Positions 9,318 to 17,958 of a stretch of 64,000 nt of DNA are shown one piece after another. The DNA is from Actinomycetota bacterium (GTDB taxonomy: Bacteria > Actinomycetota > Thermoleophilia > Miltoncostaeales > Miltoncostaeaceae). The notes under the pieces are model-generated. The model did not search any database. It had not been told where the DNA came from and worked only from the letters and a program-made list of their open reading frames with translations. The stretch covers positions 6,565-70,564 of the forward strand of contig JBJTJN010000059.1 of assembly GCA_046095485.1 (NCBI GenBank), given 5' to 3'. The position numbers and the translations under genes are program-made. Position 1 is the stretch's first letter. Every line of letters starts with the position of its first letter.

Positions 9318-9719
9318 CTAGGCCCTCGGGGCGCTGATGACCACCGGCACGATTGACCGGTGGAACAACTCGAGGGGCTCGCCGTCCAGCACCAGCGGGC
9401 CCTTCTCCTCGATGAGAAGCAGCATCTGGCGGCGCTCCTCGCGACGCTTCTCGAACAGCATCTCCCAGCCCTTGGCCTCGCCGTCGCGCTGGTTGGACAG
9501 CGCGAGGTGGTGCAGCGTGTGCGACACGTGCTCCGTGGGCGTGGGGTTGCCGAGCCGGTCGTGGGCGTCCAGCAGCAGCATGGCCCGCATCCACGACGTG
9601 TCGCTGTTCTCGCGCGCGAAGCGGGTCCACTCGGGCGGCACGGCATCCTCGATCGCGTCGATGATCTCCGCCCATGCGCCCATGTCGGGGGCGCCGCCCG
9701 TGGCCTGCTCCTCGCTCAC
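9318..9719 (-). CDS. hypothetical protein co-transcribed with citrate synthase
   Basis: ORF 9318..9719. GTG 9719 lies 1 nt after the gltA stop. The composition looks like a real protein (W/E/H/L-rich, MSEEQATGGAPDMGAWAEIIDAIEDAVPPEWTRFARENSDTSWMRAMLLLDAHDRLG...). No family recognised. Confidence 0.6.
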   Translation of the reverse strand: MSEEQATGGAPDMGAWAEIIDAIEDAVPPEWTRFARENSDTSWMRAMLLLDAHDRLGNPTPTEHVSHTLHHLALSNQRDGEAKGWEMLFEKRREERRQMLLLIEEKGPLVLDGEPLELFHRSIVPVVISAPRA

Positions 9720-9720
9720 G

Positions 9721-11010
9721 TCAGCGCGCGCCGATGTCGACGTAGTCGCGCTCGTCCGGGCCCACGTATACCTGGCGCGGACGCGAGATCTTCTGCTCCT
9801 TGTCGTTGATCATCTCCAGCCACTGCGCGACCCAGCCCGGGGCGCGGCCGATGGCGAACATGACCGTGAACATCTCGGACGGAATGCCGAGCGCCTCGTA
9901 GATGAGGCCGGAGTAGAAGTCGACGTTCGGGTAGAGCTTGCGCTGGATGAAGAACTCATCGTTGAGCGCGACCGTCTCGAGCTCGACGGCGATCTCGAGC
10001 AGCGGGTTGACGCCCGTCACCTCGAACACGTCGTCGCAGGCCTTCTTGATGATGGTGGCCCGCGGGTCGTAGTTCTTGTAGACGCGGTGGCCGAAGCCCA
10101 TGAGCAGCGCCTCGCGGTTCTTCACCTTCTCCACGAACTCGGGGACGTTGTCCTTGGAGCCGATCTCGCGCAGCATCACCAGCACGGCCTCGTTGGCGCC
10201 GCCGTGCAGCGGCCCGTAGAGGGCGGCGATGCCGGCAGCCACGGCCGAGTACGGGTCGACCTGCGACGAGCCCACGCTGCGCACCGTGGAGGTGCTGCAG
10301 TTCTGCTCGTGGTCTGCGTGGAGGATGAGCAGGATGTCCAGCGCGCGCACCAGGCGCGGGTCGGGGTCGTACTCGGCCCCGAAGAACATCTTGAGGATGT
10401 TGGTGGAGTAGTCGAGCGAGGGGTCCGGCGCCACGGGGTCCTTGCCCTGGTTGTGCCGGAAGGCCACGCCGCCGATGGTCGGCATCTTCGCGATGGTGTT
10501 GTAGAGCGCGTCCATGCGCTCGGGGTCGCTCTCGATCTCCTTGGCCTCGGGGTTGAGCGTGGAGAGCTGGCCGAAGCCAGCCTCGAGCACGCCCATGGGG
10601 TGGGCGTCCTTGCGGTAGGCCTTCACCGCGGCCTCCACCGAGGGGTCCACCGGCATGCGGTCGGCGATGTCCTTGGTGAACTGCGCGAGCTCCGCCTGGT
10701 TGGGCAGGTCGCCGTGGATCAGCAGCCACGCCACCTCGAGGAATGTGCTCTTCTCGGCCAGCTGCTCGATGGGGTAGCCGCGGTAGCGCAGCACGCCGTT
10801 GTCTCCATCGAGGTAGGTGATGGCGCTGCGGCACGACGCGGTGTTCATGAACGCCGGGTCGTAGGTCATCAGGCCGAAGTCGTCGTCCGAGACCTTGATG
10901 TTGCGAAGCTCGGTGGCACGGATCGTGCCGTCCGTGATCGCGAACTCGTAGGTCTGGCCTGTCCGGTTATCGGTGACGGTGAGGGTTCCGTCCTGGGCCT
11001 CTGTGGACAT
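9721..11010 (-). CDS. gltA: citrate synthase
   Basis: ORF 9721..11028. Start taken at ATG 11010 (MSTEAQDG...), preceded by GAAGGAAAGG. Conserved GYPIEQLAEKSTFLEVAWLLIHGDLP, LILHADHEQNCSTSTVR and GFGHRVYKNYDPRA (catalytic His/His/Asp regions). Confidence 0.95.
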   Translation of the reverse strand: MSTEAQDGTLTVTDNRTGQTYEFAITDGTIRATELRNIKVSDDDFGLMTYDPAFMNTASCRSAITYLDGDNGVLRYRGYPIEQLAEKSTFLEVAWLLIHGDLPNQAELAQFTKDIADRMPVDPSVEAAVKAYRKDAHPMGVLEAGFGQLSTLNPEAKEIESDPERMDALYNTIAKMPTIGGVAFRHNQGKDPVAPDPSLDYSTNILKMFFGAEYDPDPRLVRALDILLILHADHEQNCSTSTVRSVGSSQVDPYSAVAAGIAALYGPLHGGANEAVLVMLREIGSKDNVPEFVEKVKNREALLMGFGHRVYKNYDPRATIIKKACDDVFEVTGVNPLLEIAVELETVALNDEFFIQRKLYPNVDFYSGLIYEALGIPSEMFTVMFAIGRAPGWVAQWLEMINDKEQKISRPRQVYVGPDERDYVDIGAR

Positions 11011-11242
11011 ACGACGCCTTTCCTTCAACTCGTGGCTTCCGGGGCCCCACTGGCCCCGCGGGTAACCGGATTCGTCCCGGACCGCAGGCGAGTCTAGGGA
11101 ATGACGAGGCCCGGCACCCGGGGGAACGGAGCGATGCTGCTACGGTGGCGTGCGCTCCCTGCCCACGGGCGGGGACGTGGCCATAGGGCCGCATGACCAG
11201 CCCCCGCTTGAGGGGCACCGACAATTCACTGGAGGCACCCAC

Positions 11243-12778
11243 ATGGCAGAGCACGTGCTCGCCGTGCTGGTCGACTTCGAGAACATGGCGCGACCTGGCG
11301 CCAAGTCCCGGGGCGACTTCGATATCAACCTTGTCCTGAGCCGCCTTGCGGAGAAGGGCCGCGTGGTCGTCAAGCGCGCATACGCGGACTGGAGCCGCTA
11401 CCGCGAGGCGAAGATGGACCTGCAGAACGCCGGGCTCGAGCTCATCGAGATGCCCTCGGCGCGCGAGGGCGCGAAGAACCGCGCCGACATCAAGCTGGCG
11501 GTGGACGCCATGGAGCTCGCGTTCTCGCGCGAGCACCTCGACAACTTCGTCATCGTGTCCGGCGACAGCGACTTCACCCCGCTGGTGGGCAAGCTGCGCG
11601 AGCTCAACAAGCGCGTGATCGGCGTGGGCAACCGCGAGAGCTCCAGCGAGCTGCTCATCGCCAACTGCGATGAGTTCATCTACTACGACAGCATCGCGTC
11701 GTCGTCGCGCCGTAGCCGCGGCGGGTCGCGCAAGGACCCCATCGCCCTGCTGCAGGAGTCGCTCATGGCGCTGCTGCGCGAGGGCGTGGAACTTCCGCTG
11801 GCCAGCGTGGTGAAGGACGCCATGCGCCGCAAGGACCCGGCCTTCGACGAGAACGCCCTGGGCTACTCGACGTTCAGCAAGTTCCTCGAGGCGTCGTCCA
11901 GCAAGGCCGGCATCACGCTGCAGACCGACCCGCGAAGCGGCACCTACCGGGTGTCCACCAGCGAGTCGACGGCCACCATCACCGTGACGAGCGGCGACGA
12001 CGGCGACGGCGACGAGGCCGGTGACGGCCGTCGCCGGCGCAGGCGCGGCGGGCGTGGACGCGGCAGCGCCACCGGCGAGTTGGCCGAGCCCACCACGCGG
12101 TCCGCCGGAGGCCGATCGCGTGCCGAGGCCGCCACCGAGGCCGCGGCGTCCGGCGCGGATGTCTTCGAGGTGTTCATCACCCCCACGCCAGATCCCGACC
12201 TGGGCCAGCTCCCATCGCTCGACGAGCCCATCACCTACGAGGACATGGTGCTGCTCACGCCCGAGGTGGAGGCCGAGGTGAAGGCCGCGGGCATCGAGGA
12301 GGACGACCCCGACGCACCGCCTGCGCGCAGCACGCGTCGCAGGCGCCGCCGCGCGTCGGCCGATGCCGACACCGAGGCGGAACCCACGCCCGACGACCTC
12401 GAGGCGATCGCCGACGAGGACGTCGCGGCCGAGGAGGCCAGTGAGATCGGCCTCGCCGAGATCGGCGAGACGCCCACGCCCGAGGAGCAGGTGGAGGCCG
12501 AGGCCCCGCCGGCCGAGGAGGAAAAGCCCAAGCGCAGGCGCACCACGCGCAAGAAGGCAGACGAGGAGGCCCCGGCCGAGGACACCGCCGAGGCGAAGGC
12601 GGATGAGCCGGCCGAGGACACCGCCCCGGCCAAGGCCAGCACCAGGGCGAGCGCCAAGTCCAGCACCAAGTCGACCGCCAAGGACGACGACGCGGGGGAC
12701 GACGAGAAGCCCGCGAGCCGTCGGCGCGTGCGTCGCAGCAGCGCGGCGAGCACCGAGGAGGAGCCCGCCGCCGAGTAG
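11243..12778 (+). CDS. NYN (LabA/DUF88) ribonuclease-like domain + OST-HTH/LOTUS domain protein with long charged disordered tail
   Basis: ORF 11150..12778, with the start at ATG 11243 (GGAGG at 11231-11235). NYN region: LAVLVDFENM, KRAYADWSRY, NRADIKLAVDAME, FVIVSGDSDFTPLVGKLRE, VIGVG. LOTUS-like region: ALLQESLMALLREGVELPLASVVKDAMRRKDPAFDENALGYSTFSKFLE. The last ~250 aa are E/A/D/R/K/T-rich low complexity. Confidence 0.8.
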   Translation: MAEHVLAVLVDFENMARPGAKSRGDFDINLVLSRLAEKGRVVVKRAYADWSRYREAKMDLQNAGLELIEMPSAREGAKNRADIKLAVDAMELAFSREHLDNFVIVSGDSDFTPLVGKLRELNKRVIGVGNRESSSELLIANCDEFIYYDSIASSSRRSRGGSRKDPIALLQESLMALLREGVELPLASVVKDAMRRKDPAFDENALGYSTFSKFLEASSSKAGITLQTDPRSGTYRVSTSESTATITVTSGDDGDGDEAGDGRRRRRRGGRGRGSATGELAEPTTRSAGGRSRAEAATEAAASGADVFEVFITPTPDPDLGQLPSLDEPITYEDMVLLTPEVEAEVKAAGIEEDDPDAPPARSTRRRRRRASADADTEAEPTPDDLEAIADEDVAAEEASEIGLAEIGETPTPEEQVEAEAPPAEEEKPKRRRTTRKKADEEAPAEDTAEAKADEPAEDTAPAKASTRASAKSSTKSTAKDDDAGDDEKPASRRRVRRSSAASTEEEPAAE

Positions 12779-12790
12779 GGGGTGGGCGTG

Positions 12791-12817
12791 CCTGCGGCCC
12801 CCGACGGGGGCCGCAGG
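12791..12817 (+). terminator. perfect 12-bp GC hairpin after the NYN/LOTUS gene
   Basis: CCTGCGGCCCCC-GAC-GGGGGCCGCAGG, 12 nt after TAG 12776-12778. No T-tract. Confidence 0.5.
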
Positions 12818-12868
12818 ACTCCCGACCGTTGTCAGGACGACGCGATTTCGCGCGGCTAGCCTGCGCGC

Positions 12869-13837
12869 GTGTCCTCGATAGACCTGCTGGTCAACACCAT
12901 CGCGTCGCCGATGATCCTGGCGTTCATCCTCGCGGTGATCGTCACGGCCCTCGGCAGCAACCTGCATCTGCCCAAGGCGCTGTCGACCAGCCTGTCGATC
13001 TACCTGCTGCTGGCGATCGGGTTCAAGGGCGGCACGGCCCTGGCCGAGGAGCAGGTAGGCGGCATCGCGTTCCCGCTGCTGGTCACCCTGGGGCTTGGCA
13101 TCGTCACGCCCCTCATCGCTTATGTGATCGCGCGCTGGGTAATGCCGATCAGCAAGATCGACGGCTGCGCCCTGGCGGCCCACTACGGATCGGTGTCCGC
13201 CGTCACCTTCGCGGCGTCGCTCACGGTGCTGGCCGAGTCGGGCGTACCGGTGGAGGGCTACGCGCCCGCCATGCTGGCCCTTCTGGAGATCCCCGGCATC
13301 ATCGTGGCCCTCACCCTCGCCGCCGACCAGGTGAGCGAGGCGCGCCAGGGCTGGGCGGGTGCCCTGCGCGAGGCCCTGCTCGGGCGCAGCATCGTGCTGC
13401 TCGCCGGGGGCCTGTTGATCGGGTGGATCGCCGGGCCGCAGCGCATGGAACTGGTGGCCCCCGTCTTCGACGATCTCTTCTTCGGCGCGCTCACGCTGTT
13501 CCTGATCGACCTCGGGGTCACCGTGGTGCGCCGGGCCACCGGCCTTCGCGAGTACGGGCCGCGCCTGGTGGTGGTGGGCATCGTGGTGCCGCTCATCAAC
13601 GGCACGCTGGGGGTGCTGCTGGGCACCGCGGCGGGGCTGTCCATCGGCGGGGCCACCGTGCTGGGAGTCATGGCCGCCAGCGCGTCGTACATCGCGGCCC
13701 CGGCGGCGGTGCGCATCGCCCTGCCCGATGCCAACCCGGCGCTGTACCTCACCGCGGCGCTGGGCATCACCTTCCCCTTCAACCTCATCGTGGGGATACC
13801 CCTCTTCTACTGGCTCGCCCAGGCCGTGGGCGGCTAG
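12869..13837 (+). CDS. SbtA-like (DUF897) sodium-dependent bicarbonate transporter family permease
   Basis: ORF 12869..13837. About 10 hydrophobic helices with an internal two-fold pattern. The N-terminus MSSIDLLVNTIASPMILAFILAVIVTALGSNLHLPKALSTSLSIYLLLAIGFKGG resembles SbtA/DUF897 permeases. GTG 12869 has TAGCCT 6 nt upstream. A beta-carbonic anhydrase gene follows. Confidence 0.65.
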   Translation: MSSIDLLVNTIASPMILAFILAVIVTALGSNLHLPKALSTSLSIYLLLAIGFKGGTALAEEQVGGIAFPLLVTLGLGIVTPLIAYVIARWVMPISKIDGCALAAHYGSVSAVTFAASLTVLAESGVPVEGYAPAMLALLEIPGIIVALTLAADQVSEARQGWAGALREALLGRSIVLLAGGLLIGWIAGPQRMELVAPVFDDLFFGALTLFLIDLGVTVVRRATGLREYGPRLVVVGIVVPLINGTLGVLLGTAAGLSIGGATVLGVMAASASYIAAPAAVRIALPDANPALYLTAALGITFPFNLIVGIPLFYWLAQAVGG

Positions 13838-13865
13838 CGCCGCGCGAAGCGGGCATCATTCAGGC

Positions 13866-14360
13866 ATGAGCGCCACCGATGACCTGCTGCACTACTCCAA
13901 GGAATGGGCCGCGTCGTTCACGCAGGGCGATCTGGGCGTGGAGCCCACGCTCAAGCTGGCCGTGGTCGCCTGCATGGACTCCCGCCTCAACCCCCAGGCC
14001 CTGCTGGGCCTGCGCCCGGGCGAGGCGCACTACCTGCGCAACGCCGGTGGCACGGTGACCGACGATATGATCCGCTCGCTGGTGATCTCGCAGAGGTTCC
14101 TGGGCACGCGCGAGATCGTCCTCATCCACCACACCGACTGCGGCATGCTGCGCTTCACCGACGACGAGCTGCTGCGATCGCTGCACAACGAAACGGGCAT
14201 CCGCCCCACCTGGGCGGTGGAGACCTTCGCCGACACCGAGGAGGACCTGCGCATGTCCATGCGCAGGGTGCGCACCAGCCCCTTCATCCCCTACACCGAC
14301 AGCGTGCGGGGCTTCATCTACGACGTGAAGACCGGCAGGATCGCCGAGGTCGAGGCCTAG
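13866..14360 (+). CDS. beta-class carbonic anhydrase
   Basis: 3' part of ORF 13728..14360, with the start at ATG 13866. Zn-ligand motifs VVACMDSRL (Cys-x-Asp-x-Arg) and IHHTDCGM (His-x-x-Cys) match the CanA/Rv1284 type. Confidence 0.85.
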   Translation: MSATDDLLHYSKEWAASFTQGDLGVEPTLKLAVVACMDSRLNPQALLGLRPGEAHYLRNAGGTVTDDMIRSLVISQRFLGTREIVLIHHTDCGMLRFTDDELLRSLHNETGIRPTWAVETFADTEEDLRMSMRRVRTSPFIPYTDSVRGFIYDVKTGRIAEVEA

Positions 14361-14424
14361 GCAGACCCTGGCGCCGAGCCGGTTCGCCGATCCCGTTACC
14401 GTCTGATCGCATGCTGTGACATAT

Positions 14425-14448
14425 CCTTACTCTCCCGTAGAAGTAAGG
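14425..14448 (+). promoter_or_regulatory. inverted repeat over the vapB ribosome-binding site (candidate autoregulatory operator)
   Basis: CCTTACT-N10-AGTAAGG in an AT-rich stretch directly upstream of vapB. It overlaps AAGGAGG at 14445-14451. Confidence 0.35.
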
Positions 14449-14453
14449 AGGCT

Positions 14454-14705
14454 ATGGTGGACGCGCAGGCACGGATCACCTCGAAGGGGCAGGTCACCAT
14501 TCCCAAGCCGGTCCGCGATGCGCTCGGCCTGAGAGAGGGCGACGCGATCGTGTTCAGCGTCGATGACGGACGCGCAACCATCGCGAAGGCCGATGACCTC
14601 ATCGCGCTTGCCGCATCGGTGCCGGTGCCCGAAGCCGTCAAGGGCCTCGCGTGGAGCCAGGTGCTGCGCCGGGCACATCGGCACCTCGGCGAGGCGCCCC
14701 GCTGA
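14454..14705 (+). CDS. vapB: AbrB/SpoVT-fold antitoxin (VapB-type)
   Basis: ORF 14454..14705. ITSKGQVTIPKPVRDALGLREGDAIVF is the SpoVT/AbrB looped-hinge-helix motif. A PIN-domain gene lies immediately downstream. Confidence 0.85.
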   Translation: MVDAQARITSKGQVTIPKPVRDALGLREGDAIVFSVDDGRATIAKADDLIALAASVPVPEAVKGLAWSQVLRRAHRHLGEAPR

Positions 14706-15094
14706 CGGCGTTCATCGACACCAACATCATCATCCGCCACCTCACGGGCGACCCTCCCGGCATGGCCCGACGGGCCACAGCGGCGCTGGCATCAGGCGAG
14801 CCCCTGCTGCTGTGCGACGTCGTGCTGGCCGAGTGCATCTACGTGCTGGCCTCGGTCTACGAGGTGCCGAGCGCACGGGTGGCCCACCTCATGCGGTCTG
14901 TCATCGCCCACCCCACCATCGTCACCATCGACACGCCGGTGCTGCTTCGGGCCCTCGCCATCTACGAGCACGAGCGCCTGGGCTTCGCCGACGCCTATCT
15001 CGCGGCGCAGGCCGAGGGCACGGGCGTGCGCGAGGTGCTCTCGTTCGATCGCGCGCTCGACCGGGTGACCGCGATCACCCGCCGCGAGCCCTGA
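14702..15094 (+). CDS. vapC: PIN-domain ribonuclease toxin (VapC-type)
   Basis: ORF 14651..15094. PIN acidic residues occur in FIDTNIII, LAECIY and FADAYLAAQA. The PIN fold normally begins 3-5 residues before the DTN motif. The start is therefore proposed at CTG 14702, overlapping the vapB stop (CTGA). GTG 14651 is the conservative alternative. Confidence 0.8.
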   Translation: MTAFIDTNIIIRHLTGDPPGMARRATAALASGEPLLLCDVVLAECIYVLASVYEVPSARVAHLMRSVIAHPTIVTIDTPVLLRALAIYEHERLGFADAYLAAQAEGTGVREVLSFDRALDRVTAITRREP

Positions 15095-15106
15095 TCGCGC
15101 GCCTGC

Positions 15107-15511
15107 TCAGCTGATCTCGACCGGCTCCTCGGCGATCTGCTCGCCCTCGGGGGCCGAGCGCGCCAGGCGGAAGGCGCGGATGACCGGCTGGTCGGCATCC
15201 TGCAGCGACACGATCACGTAGAGCGGCTGGTCGAAGAACGCCAGCTCCACGTCGGTCTTCGATGGGTACGCCGCCGACCGGGTGTGCGAGTGGTAGATGG
15301 CCACCAGGTCCTCGCCGGCGTCGTCGATGGCGTCCATGAGCTCCATCTGCTCGCGGGGGTCCATCACGTACATGAACGGGGTGCCCTCGGCGTTGGTGGT
15401 GGGCAGCACCCGGGTGGCGGTGTCGCCGTGCCCGGCGATGAGGCCGCAGCATTCGTTGGGGAACTCCGCGCGGGCGTGCGCGATCACCTGCTCGGCCAAC
15501 TTCGCGGGCAT
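15107..15511 (-). CDS. mec: JAMM/MPN+ metalloprotease (Mec+/CysO-hydrolase type)
   Basis: 3' part of ORF 15107..15619, with the start at ATG 15511 (GTG 15517 possible). EFPNECCGLIAG (Glu) and AIYHSHTRSAAYPSKTD (HxH...S...D JAMM motif). It is the last gene of the moeZ-cysO-cysM cluster. Confidence 0.85.
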   Translation of the reverse strand: MPAKLAEQVIAHARAEFPNECCGLIAGHGDTATRVLPTTNAEGTPFMYVMDPREQMELMDAIDDAGEDLVAIYHSHTRSAAYPSKTDVELAFFDQPLYVIVSLQDADQPVIRAFRLARSAPEGEQIAEEPVEIS

Positions 15512-15530
15512 CTTCACGGCTGCGGTGCGG

Positions 15531-16496
15531 CTACCAGAAGACGCCGTTGTCGAGGGTCTCCTCGACGGCCTCGATCTCGTCGGTCCAGATGCCCGCCGAG
15601 AGGTACTTCCAGCCCCCATCGCACACGATGCCCACGATCGTGCCCTGGTCCATGCCCTTGGCCACGCGGGCGCACGTGTGGAATACCGCGCCGCTGGACA
15701 CCCCCGCGAAGATTCCGTGCTCGTCGGCCAGGCGCCGGGTCATCACGATGGCGTCCATGTTCTCCACCAGCAGCTTCCGGTCGAGCTGCGAGAGGTCGAG
15801 GATGGGCGGGATGAAGCCGTCGTCGAGGCTGCGCAGGCCGCTCACCGGGTCGCCCTGCATGGGCTCGCAGGCGATGATCTGGATGTCCTCGCGGTGCTCC
15901 TTGAACCGGCGCGACGACCCCATGAGGGTGCCGCCCGTGCCGAGGCCCGCCACGAAGGCGTCGATCTCGGGGCAGTCGCGCACGATCTCGGCGGCCGTGC
16001 CCTCGTAGTGGGCGCGCGGGTTGGCCGGGTTGCCGTACTGGAAGAGCATCGGGATGCCCTCCTGCTGCGACAGCCGCGTGGCCATCTCCACCGACCCGTT
16101 CGATCCGGTCTCGCCCGGGCTCTCCACGATCTCGGCGCCGTAGATCTGCAGCAGGCGCCGGCGCTCCTCGGTGACGTTGTCGGGCATCACGGCAACCAGC
16201 TTGTAGCCGCGCACCCGGGAGATCATGGCCAGCGAGATGCCCGTGTTGCCGGACGTCGGCTCCATGATGGTGTCGCCGGGGCGGATGATGCCGCGCTCCT
16301 CGGCATCGTCGATGAGGCTCTTGGCGGTGCGGTCCTTGATGGAGCCCGTGGGGTTGTGGCTCTCCATCTTGGCGAGGATTCGCACGTCGGGGTTGGGCGA
16401 CAGGCTCGAGACGTCGATGAGCGGCGTCTCGCCGATGGACGCCACGATGTCCTCGGACACCTCCTGCGGCGGGGCCTCCAGGCCGGTGCGGCTCAT
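15531..16496 (-). CDS. cysM: PLP-dependent cysteine synthase, CysM (sulfur-carrier dependent) type
   Basis: ORF 15531..16496. PTGSIKDRTA (PLP lysine), EPTSGNTGISLA and GLGTGGTLMG. The start overlaps the cysO stop (ATGA). Confidence 0.9.
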   Translation of the reverse strand: MSRTGLEAPPQEVSEDIVASIGETPLIDVSSLSPNPDVRILAKMESHNPTGSIKDRTAKSLIDDAEERGIIRPGDTIMEPTSGNTGISLAMISRVRGYKLVAVMPDNVTEERRRLLQIYGAEIVESPGETGSNGSVEMATRLSQQEGIPMLFQYGNPANPRAHYEGTAAEIVRDCPEIDAFVAGLGTGGTLMGSSRRFKEHREDIQIIACEPMQGDPVSGLRSLDDGFIPPILDLSQLDRKLLVENMDAIVMTRRLADEHGIFAGVSSGAVFHTCARVAKGMDQGTIVGIVCDGGWKYLSAGIWTDEIEAVEETLDNGVFW

Positions 16497-16771
16497 GAGG
16501 CACCTCCCGCCATCGCGGGGAGGATCATCAGGGTGTCGCCATCACCCACCGGGGTGTCGGTCCACTCCAGCAGGCGGGCGTCCTCGTCGTTCACGTAGAC
16601 GTTCACGTACTTGTGCAGCTCGCCGTCCGGCGTGAGGATCTGCGCCCCCACGGCCGGGTGCTGGTCGCACAGGTTGGTGAGCACCTCGCCCACCGTGGCG
16701 CCCGACACGTCGACGGTGCGCTCGCCGCCCACGGCCTGCCTGAGCACCGGAGGGATCTTCACGGTGCTCAC
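16493..16771 (-). CDS. cysO: ThiS/MoaD/CysO-type beta-grasp sulfur-carrier protein with C-terminal GG-Ala-Ser
   Basis: Last 92 codons of ORF 16493..17089. GTG 16771 overlaps the moeZ stop (GTGA). VKIPPVLRQAVGGERTVDVSGATVGEVLTNL...NVYVNDEDARLLEWTDTPVGDGDTLMILPAMAGGAS. Confidence 0.85.
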   Translation of the reverse strand: MSTVKIPPVLRQAVGGERTVDVSGATVGEVLTNLCDQHPAVGAQILTPDGELHKYVNVYVNDEDARLLEWTDTPVGDGDTLMILPAMAGGAS

Positions 16772-17958
16772 GCGGTGGCACCCACGTGGTCGTGGCTGCC
16801 CACCCCGGCGCACCAGGCCTCGTAATCGCGCAGCTGCAGGTCGGCGTTGGGACCGCACGACGGGCAGTCGGGGTCGCGCCGCACCTTGAGCTCGGTGAAG
16901 GTCATGCCCAGGGCGTCGTAGATGAGCAGGCGGCCCGAGAGGGTGTCGCCCATGCCGAGCAGCACCTTGATGGCCTCGGTGGCCTGGATGTTCCCCATCA
17001 CTCCGCAGAGCACGCCCAGCACGCCGGCCTCGCCGCACGAGGGCGCGAGGTCGGGCGGCGGCGGCTCGGGGACCAGGCACCGGTAGCACGGCCCCTCGTA
17101 GGGATTGAACACCGACGCGTGGCCCTCGAAGCGCAGGATGCTCGCGTGCACCAGCGGGGTGCGGGTCATGAGCGAGGCATCGGCCAGCAGGTAGCGCGTG
17201 GGGAAGTTGTCAGCGCCGTCCACCACCACGTCGTACTGCTCGAGCAGGTCGAGCACGTTGTCGCGGTTCACGCGGAAGGGGTGAACGTTCACCTGCACCT
17301 CGGGGTTGAGCGCGCGGATGGCCTCGCGGGCGCTCTCGCCCTTGTTCATGCCGACGCGCTCGGTGGTGTGGATGATCTGCCGCTGCAGGTTGCTCTCATC
17401 CACCTCATCGTCGTCCACCAGGCCGATGGTGCCCACGCCGGCCGCGGCCAGGTAGTAGGCGGCGGGCGACCCCAGGCCGCCGGCGCCGATGAGCAGGGCC
17501 TTGCTGTCGAGCAGCTTGAGCTGGCCCTCCTCCCCCACCTCGGGGATCAGCACATGGCGCGAGTAGCGCGAGCGCTGCGCCGGGCTGAGGATGCGCGGCA
17601 CCTCGACGGGGTAGTTGTTCTGCTTCCAGCGGGCGAACCCGCCGGCGAGGTTGGTGACGTTGGAGTAGCCCATGTCGGCGAGCGTCTTGGCCGCGAGCAG
17701 CGAGCGCTGGCCGCTGGCGCACGAGATGAGCAGCTCCTGGTCGAGGTCGCCGGCCGCGCCCGCGACGCGGCTCTCGAGGAACCCGCGCGGGATGTGCACG
17801 GCACCGGGCAGGTGGCCCTGGTCCCACTCCGCGGTCTCGCGGACGTCGATGATGAGGGGACCGTCGCCGGCCTCCACCCGCGGGGCCACCTCGGAGGGCT
17901 CCACCTCGGGGATGACCTCGCGTGCCGTCGCGAGGAGGTCCTGGTAGCTCGGGGACAT
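16768..17958 (-). CDS. moeZ: MoeZ/MoeB-type E1-like adenylyltransferase with N-terminal rhodanese domain
   Basis: ORF 16768..18090, with the start at ATG 17958. Rhodanese: IIDVRETAEWDQGHLPGAVHIP and the active-site loop SCASGQRS. ThiF/MoeB domain: LLIGAGGLGSPAAYYLAAAGVGTIGLVDDDEVDESNLQRQ. Zn-binding pairs CYRC and CPSC. Confidence 0.88.
   Translation of the reverse strand: MSPSYQDLLATAREVIPEVEPSEVAPRVEAGDGPLIIDVRETAEWDQGHLPGAVHIPRGFLESRVAGAAGDLDQELLISCASGQRSLLAAKTLADMGYSNVTNLAGGFARWKQNNYPVEVPRILSPAQRSRYSRHVLIPEVGEEGQLKLLDSKALLIGAGGLGSPAAYYLAAAGVGTIGLVDDDEVDESNLQRQIIHTTERVGMNKGESAREAIRALNPEVQVNVHPFRVNRDNVLDLLEQYDVVVDGADNFPTRYLLADASLMTRTPLVHASILRFEGHASVFNPYEGPCYRCLVPEPPPPDLAPSCGEAGVLGVLCGVMGNIQATEAIKVLLGMGDTLSGRLLIYDALGMTFTELKVRRDPDCPSCGPNADLQLRDYEAWCAGVGSHDHVGATA

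Noticed and set aside
10967-13183. 738-aa ORF on the minus strand across the gltA-NYN intergenic region and the whole NYN/LOTUS gene
   Set aside because: It is antisense to a gene with clear domain motifs. Its translation is Arg/Gly/Ala/Leu/His-rich low complexity with no motifs, as expected for open antisense frames in very GC-rich DNA.
15107-17958. E1-like enzyme, ubiquitin-like beta-grasp protein and JAMM protease as a possible ubiquitin-like conjugation or antiphage (Bil-type) system
   Set aside because: No E2-like gene is present, and a CysM-type cysteine synthase sits between the carrier and the JAMM gene. The set matches the known CysO-dependent cysteine biosynthesis pathway.
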